DNA of 64,000 nt from Octopus sinensis (GCF_006345805.1 NC_043005.1:88102001-88166000), one strand, 5' to 3'; positions 14,295 through 28,038 are shown, numbered from the stretch's first letter. Notes: a model not told the origin generated them from the sequence alone. A program made the numbers and translations.

Positions 14295-14385
14295 AAGAAG
14301 AAGAAGAAGAAGAAGAAGAAGAAGAAGAAGAAGAAGAAGAAGAAGAAGAAGAAGAAGAAGAAGAAGAAGAAGAAGAAGAAGAAGA
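14265..14385 (+). repeat. (AAG)n microsatellite
   Basis: Perfect run of about 40 units. Confidence 0.95.
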
Positions 14386-14389
14386 ATGA

Positions 14390-14843
14390 TAAATGGCCGG
14401 ATGCCGTACCATGCAGTGGCTCTCATGGCTTCTAGTCTTAACTGATTGGAAGTGTTATCATGTACATTGTTTTGTCTTGATATAAAAGATGGGCTACAGC
14501 AAATATTCTGCTCACTACCACAGATTTGCTTGTCAGTTGTTTGACCTTAACCAGTTGAGCATGTCCCTTAGTGGCTGACGATATGTGCATCTCTGACCAC
14601 GAACAGAAGTAGTGGGGCAGCATCATAGCCATGTGTTGAGGGGGATTCTTTGGGCTTTGAATAATTCAACTTTGGAGACATGGGTCTTTTGTTCATCATC
14701 CTTAAACAACCCTTATTCAGGGACCTTTTGAGTGGGATGGACTACTCGACCCGCAGAAAATTCTAACTGGGATCCACCTGCGAGGTCATGCGCTGTTTAT
14801 CTTGATATGAGAACACTATGTCGCGCACATATGGTTGTGTTGC
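14390..14843 (+). mobile_element. ~555-bp element, copy 3 (opposite orientation, one end missing)
   Basis: Reverse complement of copy 1, preceded by (AAG)n AATGATAA. Confidence 0.8.
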
Positions 14844-16433
14844 GAATATCACGTGATCGACTAGGTTATTGGATGCTGTTATACATCGCTGATCACAATG
14901 CGTTTTACGTCATTTTAGCTTTAGAATGATACCACAGAGCTGACCGTGCTGTGAATATACATCGTCGTAAATGAGAAGGTGCTCTCCGACGACGAAAAAC
15001 AACAGCGATCAGCATAATCACGTTCGAATCTGTCAAAGCATATAAAGAATGGATAGATATGTTATTGTTTGGATTCTGGCTCTTTTTCATACGACCCATG
15101 AATTACTATCTGTTTGGCAAACAACTGCATGAATCAGCGAATAATTTTTTTGCTATCTTTAAAGAAGAGCCCGTGCTCTTGTTGAATTCATCGATTTGGT
15201 GGGGTAGCTATGAATGAGAATACTCACAATGAGTTCGAAACACTGGTATCTTAGAGTCCCCTAACAACAATGGACCGCGTGTGTTGTGAGTACAGATAGT
15301 GTTATCAGAGACTTGCGTTGGAATCGACGAGAACCTACTAAGAATGAACAGACACGCTATTGTTTTATATAAAAGATGGATGTAAACACTTCCTATCAGC
15401 TATTTGGACAAATAAACCCACATTCCGTTATTAATATTTCGATCTCATTTCTGAATAAATGGATGCCTCAATTAAATATTTCTACATCAGTTATTTAGCT
15501 GTGTGGTGAACTTTCCATTTAAGCATCATACTTCGTTCCATCGTTTCATGCTGATTCTTCAGAATTTTAGGCATTGGAATATTTTTCCTCCTGTCTTTGA
15601 CTCCATCTTCCTTTCTTCTTTTATTTATTTGTTTCCTTTTTGTTGTCTGACATTATATTCTTATTCAGTATTCTATTGCATAAGAATTTGATCTAAATTC
15701 ATAATATTCTCACAGTTGTATAATTCCTATACAAATCATTACAGACGTGTGGTGTGTGTGTGTGTCGTTATCTACGCAGTAGATAATGGCTGTCAGTGTT
15801 TTAACTGTTGTTTGTTTGATATTCGTTTCGCTGTGGTTGTTGTTGCTTTGTCGACCTAAGACGAGACCGTGGATGACCCTGTTATATAACTCCACAGATT
15901 TGTGAATACTTTCTCAATTATTTCTTCATTTTGATATTCAAACGATATATATAACAAAAAAAAACATATCTACATTTTCTACAATGTCGCTCAAATATTT
16001 TAGAATTTTAGATCTTATGATTATCAGACAAAAAGCTTTAAACAAATTATCGCTATTATTATTAGCATTATCCGTAAATATCATTCAGCTTGTCTGAACA
16101 TGTGTTCGAGTGTCACGCTCTAACTTTGAAACGAAATGACATTATGAGGGAAAATCTTAAAGATTATGAAACAAGTTCAGGTGTCAGGCTTTCGATAACC
16201 TTAACTTTACAACTAAATCAAACACATCCTCAAAACTGTTTAAACTAAGGAAGCATATCCGAAGGTTACGTTTTAATAACAAAACCTTTAAAACTAAATT
16301 GAAAACAAACTCGAAATGCTTTAAACAATCTCTGATATGAAACTAAATTGTGCGAGTATTACTCTGAAAATTTACCATCGAATCTTTAACAGATTGATCG
16401 AATCGATGTGAGAAATGTTATGAATGACATTAA

Positions 16434-17075
16434 GGCGGCGCGTTGGCAGAATTGTTAGCACCACCAGGCAAGATGCGTAGCGGCATTTTGTCCGTCTTTA
16501 AATTCAGAGTTCAAACACCACCGAGATTCACTTTGCCTTTCATATTTTCAGGGTCGATGAAATAAGTACCAGTTGAACACTGGGGTCGACATAATCAGAA
16601 CGTAAAGACAGACGAAATGTTGCTAAGCATTTCGCACGGTGTGCTAACGATTCTGCCATCTCGCCGCCTTAGAACCAGATGTCATATTGGACAGAAATAT
16701 TGGTACAATGCCAGAAGGTTCGGGAACTGGAGCAAGTCGATGACATCCTCCTCAGTGTTAAGCTGGTACTTTTTTTTGTTGAACCCGAAAGGATGAAAAG
16801 CAAAGTTGACCTCACCGGAATTTGAACTGAAAAACCAGATATATTACTTCCAGAAAAACAAAATAAGGCGACAAGTTGGCAAAATCTTTACCGCGTCGGA
16901 TCAAATGCATAGCGGCATTTCGTCCGTCTTTACGTTCTGAGTTCTAAGTTCGTCGAGGTGGACTTTGCCTTTCATCCATTCGGGGTCGATGAAGCAAGTG
17001 CCAGTTGAACGCTGGGTTCGACGTAATCGATTCATCCCTTGGTATTGCTGGTCAGGTGCTAAATTTTAGAACTAA
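16434..17075. mobile_element. Cluster of four SINE family 1-type copies in alternating orientation
   Basis: + copies at ~16434-16595 and ~16866-17075; - copies at ~16596-16670 and ~16700-16830. Confidence 0.75.
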
Positions 17076-17875
17076 TATTACTTCCGGAAAAAAATACTGG
17101 AAGAGAATATGGAATTATTGGAAGAGAATATAGGTTTATTGGAGGAGAATGTTAGAAAAGTTACCCAAAATCGGGTCAGGTAAAAGCTCCGTAACCTTAG
17201 AGCGGCGATGGCCGGAAGATAGCTCGAAGATCTGTAGGATATCGTATAACACAGCAGGAAAGGAAATCACCACAACTCGGTGCAGCTCTTGTTCTGCAAT
17301 ATATAAACACATGTTAAAGGGAAAACATACGTGTGACTGTGTGTGTGTGTGTGTGATTGCGTGTGTGTATTCATATAACCATATACATACATATGAGTAT
17401 ATACATTCATTTATGTGCGCGTGTATGTGTGCATATACAGAAGGTGAGCCAATGCTTTGTGAAATTGCTACACAGAAACTGTGCGGAAGCCCATCATATA
17501 TAATTGTGTGTGTATGTGTGTGTGTGTGCGTGTGTGTGTGTGTATTCTTGTCTTTGTGTCTGTCCTCCACCACTGCTTTACAACCGGTGTTGGTTTGCAT
17601 GCATTCCAATGGTTCGGCAAACGAGGTCTGCAGAAAAAGTACCAAACTTAGAAATGATTACAGGAACAGCAGGTAAAAGATAGATGTGTGTGTATACATA
17701 TATACATACACATACACACATACACACACATACACATATATATATGTATACATATTTGTGTGTGTGTATGTGTGTGCGCGTGTGTGGTTCAAATGTACAG
17801 AAAGCAAAAGACAAAGACAGGTGAGGGAGTAAGACGCAGGTGTATTAGTTTGAAGCTCGCGGAAAATGAAAGAGT

Positions 17876-17911
17876 CTTTGACGTTTCGAGCCTACGCTCT
17901 TCAGCGGAAAG
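17876..17911 (-). ncRNA. Minimal hammerhead motif (degenerate core)
   Basis: Minus strand CTTT-CCGCTGA-A-GAGC(gtag)GCTC-GAAA-CG-TC-AAAG. Confidence 0.5.
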
Positions 17912-18079
17912 GGATGAAAGAAAAAAAAAGAGAGAAGAAAAAATGTGTCGGAATTAACGTTTTAACAGGATACATGTATATACATATACATATAAATTAT
18001 GTGTGTGTGCGTGTGTATATATATATATATATATATACATACATACATACAAACATACATACATACATCTGTATATACA

Positions 18080-18310
18080 GATAGGTAACAAATGTTAAAT
18101 GTCAGAGAAAAATAATAGATCTTTGCTGCACTGAGGAGAAATCCGCAAGTGCTTCGTACGACCTATCAATTTAGATTTATTCCTGTCACTATTGGAGCAC
18201 TTGACTAATGACGAACTGCCTCTGTATCAATATTGAGGAGACGGGTTTCACAAAGCAAAAAACGAACTCACCTCACCATGCCTACACTGGTTCTATCAGT
18301 AACATACAAT
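18080..18310 (+). mobile_element. Old RLE-LINE C-terminal remnant
   Basis: YQFRFIPVTIGALD* resembles the IPVIVGALG motif of the RLE C-terminus. Confidence 0.4.
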
Positions 18311-18514
18311 GGTTGCCTTACATGCTTGTGTGCGAGCGCACTCAAATATTCGAGGACACAATACGCATTATGTCCTCACGCGTACAAACACACAAGCACC
18401 CATATACACCCACACAGTCTCATTCATACATACATTCGCGTGCTCGCACACTCATATCTATCAACTCTCAAACAAGAAACCACGTAGACTTGCACGCCCT
18501 CAAACATACAGTGG

Positions 18515-18560
<46 letters not shown>

Positions 18561-19335
18561 AATACACACACGCACGCACGCACACACATGTACATGCATA
18601 CATTCATCGTCACAACCGTGCGAATTCACACATGCACGCATACATACACACACACGCAATCTTGCACACACACACTCACATACACTTAAGCGCAACATCC
18701 GTCGCAACCACACACACACACCTAGACACACAGATAAACGCACATACAATCACCTACCACCACATGTGCACACGCGCGCACACACACTATTCCACCCACA
18801 CATGAAGTCACTTACACACACACACATACACTCTCCATTACAAACGCACACACTAACACATACACATACACACACCCTTCTATCACAAACCTTCCCCACA
18901 CACATACATATACACACACATACACGTACACCCCCTATATCACAACCCACACACATACACACACAAACAAGATCCTACCGACATGCATATATATACACAA
19001 AGACACAGACACACCACCTCAATCGCAAACACACAGACGCACACACAACACACCGAAATACACACGCACGCATACACGCACACTCTTACACACACGCAAT
19101 AACATGGCGTCTAACTAACATCAATGAAATCAGTTGACAGAAGACCGAACTTTGCTTCGACACCGAAGTTATTATATAAAACATAATTTTCTGTTCTATC
19201 TTCACAAATGAATATTTATAAGGTGATAATACAACGGTACGATATGATATTTAGTTACCGAATCACTTTGCCAGCCAAATGATATGGGAACACATAGCAC
19301 ACATACACACATACATACATACATACATACATACA

Positions 19336-19366
<31 letters not shown>

Positions 19367-19515
19367 CTATCTACATATCTATCAATATATAAATAAACAT
19401 ATATTTCTGGATGCACGTATAATCTTTTATATATATGTGTGTGTGTGTGTGTATACATATACATATATATATATATAATTGTATATAAACATGTGTACAT
19501 ATAAATCTATATATA

Positions 19516-19563
<48 letters not shown>

Positions 19564-19739
19564 TGTATATTTATGCATGTATGTATATATGTGTAGGTAC
19601 AAAAACATTACTCATACATGTGCACATATGTGTAGATGCACACACAAACACATATATATGAATATATAGATGATAGATATGAATATATATATGTACGTAT
19701 GTATGTATATATATATATGTATATATTTATATATATGTA

Positions 19740-21096
19740 TATATTTATATATACACACACATTCACACATACGTATTACATAGATAAGAAGATACGAAAG
19801 TGTGTGGTTGTATATATGTGCATGTGTGTGTGTGTGTGTTTGTGTGTGTATTCATTTATGTTTGTTTTTGTGAGTACAAACATACCAGTATACACATATC
19901 TGTTTACAGAAATATTACTAATTATAAATATACACACCCACATCCGTGCTCATAAATATTTATCATATTTTCTTTGTATGTTTAATGTTTATATAAATAA
20001 TTATGTTTCTACACCTACACTCAGTGCCAATGTTTTCCCTTCATTACTATATACATTGGTTGCCTCTCAGTTAAAATCAGCAGAGTAAGCGTCGCTAATG
20101 AGTACTAAAACGATTGGAACATGTCCGTTACTTTATTACTTATTATGTTTTTAATATTTTAACTGCATTGTTTTAAACTTCCAAAATTTTGATGTGCTTT
20201 ATATTATTGAAGATAACATCTTGTAGTTTTCATAAATCTGAAGATGGAGACTTTGTCATAGAATTACCAGGATATTCTCATGTTTTTCATCGCACTATGC
20301 TATACTATATAGGCGCAGATGTGACTGTGTGATAAGAAGGTTTTTTCCCAACCTCATGGTTCCCTGTTCAATCCCACTGCGTGGCACCTTGGGCAACTGT
20401 CTTCTACTACAGTTATGGTCCTACGGAAGCCTTGTGAGTGGATTTGGTAGACGGTATTGAAATATGCCCGTCGTATATATATATATATATATGGTGGCTG
20501 CCCCCTCGTTATCGAGTATGGCCATTGCACGAAGCTTAATCAATGTTGTTATCGTGCAATGCCTGTGCAAGAAGATTTTTTTTAAGTGAGGAAAGGCTGT
20601 GCACTGAGTCAATCCCACTTACTAAGCAACAGCAGTCATTATCCGAAAAGAAGAACAAGTCAACATCATCGGTAACCACTGAGCCGCAGGTTTTATATCG
20701 GAGTTATCCCAGCCAGTTACATGAGTTACCTTCTCCTAGAAGGATGCCCTAACAAAGGCTAGGAGTCCTTCACTCCCAATGGTTTAACCGCGCGATCGGG
20801 TATTCAGTTCGATTATTTCTATGTGCCCGCGCATAATACAGCCTTAAGACATTTATTGGATGGCCGTTGCCTCTCAAGTGTTCCTCCGCCCTTTGACGGA
20901 TTTTGTTTTTCATCCCGCAGCGTGTCCAATAAACACCCTCCTCACCAAGCAAGCTTGGTGGGGTTGCCAGTTTAGTCGCCGACGACCCGAACATACAACA
21001 GGTTGTACTGGGTACATGTTACCAGTAGCACTCGAAAGTGACCTGACATAAATATGTGTGTGTGGTGTGTGTGGTGTATACATATACATACATATA

Positions 21097-21165
<69 letters not shown>

Positions 21166-21263
21166 TGTATATGTATATATATATATATGTGTATATATAT
21201 ATATATGTATATATTTATATATATGTATATATTTATATATATGCATATATTTATATATATGTA

Positions 21264-21297
<34 letters not shown>

Positions 21298-22652
21298 GTA
21301 TATTTATATATACACACACATTCACACATACGTATTACATAGATAAGAAGATACGAAAGTGTGTGGTTGTATATATGTGCATGTGTGTGTGTGTGTTTGT
21401 GTGTGTGTGTATTCATTTATGTTTGTTTTTGTGAGTACAAACATACCAGTATACACATATCTGTTTACAGAAATATTACTAATTATAAATATACACACCC
21501 ACATCCGTGCTCATAAATATTTATCATATTTTCTTTGTATGTTTAATGTTTATATAAATAATTATGTTCTACACCTACACTCAGTGCCAATGTTTTCCCT
21601 TCATTACTATATACATTGGTTGCCTCTCAGTTAAAATCAGCAGAGTAAGCGTCGCTAATGAGTACTAAAACGATTGGAACATGTCCGTTACTTTATTACT
21701 TGTTATGTTTTTAATATTTTAACTGCATTGTTTTAAACTTCCAAAATTTTGATGTGCTTTATATTATTGAAGATAACATCTTGTAGTTTTCATAAATCTG
21801 AAGATGGAGACTTTGTCATAGAATTAGCAGGATATTCTCATGTTTTTCATCGCACTATGCTATACTATATAGGCGCAGATGTGACTGTGTGATAAGAAGG
21901 TTTTTTCCCAACCTCATGGTTCCCTGTTCAATCCCACTGCGTGGCACCTTGGGCAACTGTCTTCTACTACAGTTATGGTCCTACGGAAGCCTTGTGAGTG
22001 GATTTGGTAGACGGTATTGAAATATGCCCGTCGTATATATATATATATATATGGTGGCTGCCCCCTCGTTATCGAGTATGGCCATTGCACGAAGCTTAAT
22101 CAATGTTGTTATCGTGCAATGCCTGTGCAAGAAGATTTTTTTTAAGTGAGGAAGGCTGTGCACTGAGTCAATCCCACTTACTAAGCAACAGCAGTCATTA
22201 TCCGAAAAGAAGAACAAGTCAACATCATCGGTAACCACTGAGCCGCAGGTTTTATATCGGAGTTATCCCAGCCAGTTACATGAGTTACCTTCTCCTAGAA
22301 GGATGCCCTAACAAAGGCTAGGAGTCCTTCACTCCCAATGGTTTAACCGCGCGATCGGGTATTCAGTTCGATTATTTCTATGTGCCCGCGCATAATACAG
22401 CCTTAAGACATTTATTGGATGGCCGTTGCCTCTCAAGTGTTCCTCCGCCCTTTGACGGATTTTGTTTTTCATCCCGCAGCGTGTCCAATAAACACCCTCC
22501 TCACCAAGCAAGCTTGGTGGGGTTGCCAGTTTAGTCGCCGACGACCCGAACATACAACAGGTTGTACTGGGTTACATGTTACCAGTAGCACTCGAAAGTG
22601 ACCTGACATAAATATGTGTGTGTGTGTGTGTGTGTATACATATACATACATA

Positions 22653-22700
<48 letters not shown>
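19740..22700 (+). repeat. Near-identical ~1.56-kb tandem duplication
   Basis: 19761 aligns with 21320 (offset 1559). The copies differ mainly by 1-bp indels and microsatellite length. Confidence 0.9.
20493..21047 (-). mobile_element. RTE-derived non-autonomous element (duplicated at ~22053-22607; related fragment on + at ~52640-52835)
   Basis: Minus strand has GGCATCCTTCTAGGAGAAGGTAACTC (RTE 5'UTR-like) and ends CTCGATAACGAGGGGGCAGCCACC followed by (TA)n. No RT ORF. Confidence 0.55.
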
Positions 22701-22740
<40 letters not shown>

Positions 22741-22827
22741 ATATATATATATATTATATATATATATATATATATTATATATACACACATATATATAATC
22801 AAAATAAGCAACAAGAATATCTCAGGT

Positions 22828-22920
22828 AATTTGGTACGATCGTTTCACGCTACATCATTTTATTAAATATTGTAAATATTACAACACTTTTAAAATGTTG
22901 AGCAATCATCAGCCATTAAT
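22828..22920 (-). ncRNA. Hammerhead motif with extended stem II
   Basis: Minus strand TGG-CTGATGA-TTGCT...AGCGT-GAAA-CGATCG-TA-CCA. Palindromic stem III and an internal hairpin CAACATTTTAAAAGTGTTG. Confidence 0.55.
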
Positions 22921-23019
22921 AGAGGTTTCCCATTAATACATAATTTTCATATTAATTGATAATATTATAGAGAAGGTAGATATATAGATATATTGTTTGT
23001 ATATGTACATAGTACGAAA

Positions 23020-23290
23020 GATCCCAGCATCGTCGTTAAGATACAGAACAAGATATTGCACAACAGCTTGGGTTTCAAGGACCCGCATCTCTTCAATATC
23101 ACCCTCACCCCACGAAAAGAAGCCTGAGCGACCTACATGGAATGATTGTAGGTGTCTTCAGAATAAAACTTGATCTCCTCCTGTCTAAACATTCAGGATG
23201 AACCGACCTAGCAGCAGGAATCACAACTGAGAGAGAGAGCTGCGACACCAAACTCCGTCACTCACCATAATGCACATATCAGAGAAGGAA
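23020..23290 (+). mobile_element. CR1/L2/Jockey-group LINE 3' remnant
   Basis: SLGFK.PHLFNI...VFRIKLDLLLS.IQDEPT...RAATPNSV resembles the APE-LINE RT C-terminus. Confidence 0.5.
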
Positions 23291-23349
23291 TTCCCAACAT
23301 GGCCGCAGATCTCATGTTAAAACTAATGAAAGAATAAAAGAATAAAAGA

Positions 23350-23387
<38 letters not shown>

Positions 23388-23388
23388 G

Positions 23389-23689
23389 TGGAGGCGCAAT
23401 GGCTTAGTGGTTAGGGCAGCGGACTTGCGGTCGTAGGATCGCGGTTTCGATTCCCAGACCGGGCGTTGTGTGTGTTTATTGAGCGAAAACACCTAAAAGC
23501 TTCACGAGGCTCCGGCAGGGGGTGGTGATCCCTGCTGTACTCCTTCACCACTCTTTCTCTCATTCTTTCTTCAGTTGGCCTGCTCGCTTAGCCAGCGGGG
23601 TGGCGTCATTCGAAGGCTAGAACAATGCGAACGCATTGTGACCAGCGATGTGTAACAACATCTGATGGTCGGTCACGTGATCACGTGAC

Positions 23690-23690
<1 letters not shown>
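23389..23690 (+). mobile_element. tRNA-derived SINE family 3
   Basis: Box A TGGCTTAGTGG and box B GGTTTCGATTCC. GC-rich body ending in CACGTGATCACGTGA, flanked by TA/CA repeats. Confidence 0.75.
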
Positions 23691-23733
<43 letters not shown>

Positions 23734-23834
23734 AAGTTACTCCAAACATGAAGACACAAAGAGAAAACACAACAACGCGAGGACGTGGAACAAATATAAT
23801 GTTATTGGACGCTCAGGAAAGGAAAGATGGGAGG

Positions 23835-23869
23835 ATTTAACGTTTCGAGTGGAGCTCTTCGTCAGAAAC
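23835..23869 (-). ncRNA. Minimal hammerhead motif (intact core)
   Basis: Minus strand GTTT-CTGACGA-A-GAG(ctcca)CTC-GAAA-CG-TT-AAAT. Confidence 0.65.
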
Positions 23870-23925
23870 ATAGAAAAAGAAAGGGTCCAAGGAAGGGAAG
23901 GGAACATGTGTGTTGTGTGTGTGTG

Positions 23926-23974
<49 letters not shown>

Positions 23975-24239
23975 CGTGTATGTATGTGTGCGTATGTGAG
24001 TTTTTCTCGAAACGTAAAACGCCCTTTCTTTCCTTCTCTGGGCGTCTCATTAATGCTTTACATCCACTACGTCCTCGCGTTGTTGGTTTTTCTTGAATAT
24101 TTTCTTCGTTTTTCGGAGATTACACATATATATATATATATATATACAGACACATACACACACAAACATACATAATACTTATCAGCGCAAAGGCAGAAGG
24201 TGAGCGCTTTTATGCATAAATAATAAAGAAATCTATCAA

Positions 24240-25200
24240 GTGTGTGTGTGTGCATGTATGTATGTGTGTGTGTGTACACATACGCATGCATACACACACA
24301 CATTTCTTCGTAGGCAGGTATGTTTTAGTGTACTGTTAATACATATGTGTGTGTGAGTACGTGCGTACATATATATAGACAGACAGAAATACATAAATAC
24401 ATACATGCATACACACACACACTCTCACACACGCGGGCACACACGCATACACATACACACACGCATACATACATATACATAGATATATACACACACACAG
24501 TCATACATACATACACACATTCAGACACACACAAGCACGCGCACACGCACACACGCACACATACATCCATACATATATACACACACATCATACATGCATA
24601 CATACATAGATACACAGATGCACGCACACACGTTCATACAAACATACACATACACTCACGCACGCACACACAAGCGTACGCATAGATACATACATCCATA
24701 CACACATACATACACACACACATGCATACACACACATTCATATTTACATATATATACACACACACTCACAGATGCGCGCGTGCACACGTGTACACATACA
24801 TGCATGCTTACATACATACATACACACACACATACATACATACACATTCATACATACATACGCACACACTCACGCACACAAACGCGCACACACGCACACG
24901 CGTACACATACATCCATACATATATACACATACATATACATGCACACACACATTCATACATACATACATACATACACACATACATACATACACACACATA
25001 CATACACCCACAGTCACATACACACGTGTACACATACGTGCGTACTTCCATACATTCATACACACACATACATATCCACACACATTCATACGTACATACA
25101 CACACACATACATGCATACATACATACATACATACATACATACATACATACATACATACATACATACATACATTCTTACATACAGTCGTACACACACACA
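24240..25200 (+). repeat. Degenerate (CA)n/(TACA)n field
   Basis: Seen directly; similar fields at 18510-19100 and 35880-36265, and TA/TGTA fields at 180-960, 5000-6250 and 26095-26400. Confidence 0.9.
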
Positions 25201-25845
25201 TACTACTGGGGATAGAGAGCGTAAATTTGCAATCTCCGTCAGCTTGGACGTAATGGAATATTGCATCATTGGAAACAGAAGCCAAAAAAAAACAATATTT
25301 ATTATAGGAATCTCATCTTGTGCAAAGACAGAAGACACGAAATGGGTTTCCTAAATCATGCTTCTGTAAAGGAGGAATTGCTTTGATTACCAAGTGTGGT
25401 GTCTTTTGTATTTAGTTTCTTCACACCAGGAAAATCTTCCACAAAAGGTCAAGGAAGCAGCACCGACATTTTGTGGATAATTTTATCAAAGAAAGGCGTT
25501 TTATGTAGGCCTGTGTATCTCTACGCGTATGTGTGTGGTGTGGTGTGTGGTGTGGTGTATGGTGTGGATATGTATGTATATGCCTCAGGCGTGGTTTTAT
25601 GTGGGAAAACGTTTGCTTCTCAAACTCATCGTTTCAAGTTCAATCCTAAAGCGTGGCGTCTTGGGCAAATGTCTACTACAAAGCCTCCGATCGATCAAAG
25701 CCTCGTGAATGGATTTGGTAGACGGAAACTAAAAGAAGCCTATCGTATGTGTGTGTGTGCGTCTTTGTGCTTGTATTTAATTCATCGCCATGATAGATCG
25801 GTAGCCACTACACACATTTTTCTCTCCTTGTTTTTTTATGTGTCC

Positions 25846-25881
25846 CTTTCTGTAGAAGAGCGTAGGCTCGAAACGTAAAAG
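25846..25881 (+). ncRNA. Minimal hammerhead motif (A6U core variant)
   Basis: CTTT-CTGTAGA-A-GAGC(gtag)GCTC-GAAA-CG-TA-AAAG. A paralogous element lies at ~17800-17950 on the minus strand. Confidence 0.55.
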
Positions 25882-26094
25882 ACTTTTTCACTTCCCGAGC
25901 GTTATACTAATACATCTGTTTGTTTTCTAAGGGGTAAAAATATCCGTATTTACTATCGGTATCAGTCGTTACCTGTGCTATCCCTGGCCATGGGTATGCA
26001 GGCACACTATGCTCGTTGAGTACATGTAACAACATCTGTAAATTATTTTTAATATAGAACATGACATAAATTTCTATGACATAGATACCCTAAA

Positions 26095-26159
<65 letters not shown>

Positions 26160-26206
26160 CATATATATATATATACATGTATGTATATATACATATATAT
26201 TGTATG

Positions 26207-26237
<31 letters not shown>

Positions 26238-26321
26238 TTATACATGTATGTATATATACATATATGTATGTATATATATATATATATACATGAAAATATA
26301 TATGTGTGTATACATATATAT

Positions 26322-26365
<44 letters not shown>

Positions 26366-27465
26366 GTACACACATACATACGTACACACACCACATATAT
26401 CTAAAATCAACTCTAGTGTACACGGAATTTGTTGAATTTATAGAAAACTGTGAAGAACGAGAAGAAAATTCTGCTGAGACTATTTTGGACAAAGACAGAC
26501 TTTGGTAGAACTAATAAAGGTAGATTCTGATCTTAATAGATTCAGTTGGCTGTTGAATAACAGAAAAACATCTCTCACCAGGGAAATTGAAAGTTGTCAA
26601 ATTCTTGTGAGGAAACCTTTTAGTTTTTAGAATAAAATGTTTCTAAAAATGTTTAAATAAATTTATAAAATAAGCATCAACACTTAACAAAAGTTTTGGC
26701 ACCTTTGGTTTGCTTGACAAGTTACGGGGAAGTAAAAAATGGTGAAGAATTCTGGCTAATTAATTTACACGTTCTTGAACTTTTCTACGTGAGAAACTCA
26801 ACTTTTTAAGTACGGTTCTATGTTACTTTATTCGAAAGAAATGTCTAACAATTAAACGAACAAAAAAAAACACTAAAATCTGATAAACGTAAATATATAT
26901 CTTAGAACAGACTGGAAGGAAACACTTTAAGCATTCGAGTTTTACTTACAGAATCAACGAAAATAATCACGAATCTTACTTTTATCACATTTTTTTTATT
27001 TGGTTCAGTTACTGGACTGCGGCCATGCTGAGGCACCGGTTTGAAGAATTTTAGTCGAACAAATCGATCCCAGCACTTAGATTTTGTTTCCACCTGTTCT
27101 CTTTTTTTTGCCGAACCGCAAAGTCACAAGGACGTAAACAAGCCAACACCGGTTACCGAGCGGCAAGGGGACAAACATACACATAAGGACACACACATAC
27201 ACAAACGTGCATATATATATATATATATATTTACATACACACAAACATATATATTATATATTCTTTTACTCTTTTACTTGTTTCAGTCATTTGACTGTGG
27301 CCATGCTGGAGCACCGCCTTTTAGTCGAGCAAATCAACCCCAGGACTTATTCTATCGGTCTTTTTTGCAGAACCGCTAAGTTAGAGGGATGTAAATACAC
27401 CAGCATCGGTTGTCAAGCAATGTTGGGGGACAAACAGATACCAAACATATACACAAACACATACA

Positions 27466-27500
<35 letters not shown>

Positions 27501-27963
27501 ATACGACGGGCTTCTTTCAGTTTCCGTCTACCAAATACACTCACAAGGCTTTGGACAGCTCGAGGCTATAGTAGAATACACATGCCCAAGGTGCCACGCA
27601 GTGAGACTGAACCTGGAACCATGTGGTTCGTAAGCAAGCTACTTACAACACAGCCATATATACATATATATATATATATATATATTCGTTTGCCCAATCA
27701 GATTCGCAAGCAGCCATGAAAGCATCGATTTGTGGGTTCGATTTAGCCTGATGTTAGCTCATCATTTTTCGGTCATTTGTTTATATCTAAAAATTGTCGT
27801 TTCGAAATCGGAGAATAAATATCATTATGATATATAATTATTATACTATGAGCCTTGCATAGTAGCTTTCTCTCCGTAACTCGCAAAGCATTTCGGGTTT
27901 GTTTATAAATATATTATTTATACATATTTATACACACACAAGCGCGAGCGCGCGCACACACAC

Positions 27964-28038
<75 letters not shown>

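Noticed and set aside
18208-19137. 309-aa His/Thr-rich ORF and similar YI/CV/HT-repeat ORFs throughout the window
   Set aside because: These are translations of (CA)n, (TA)n and (TG)n microsatellites, which lack stop codons; no domain content.
23389-23465. Possible tRNA gene (also 13215-13290)
   Set aside because: The tRNA-like heads lack a proper acceptor stem and terminator and continue into SINE bodies.
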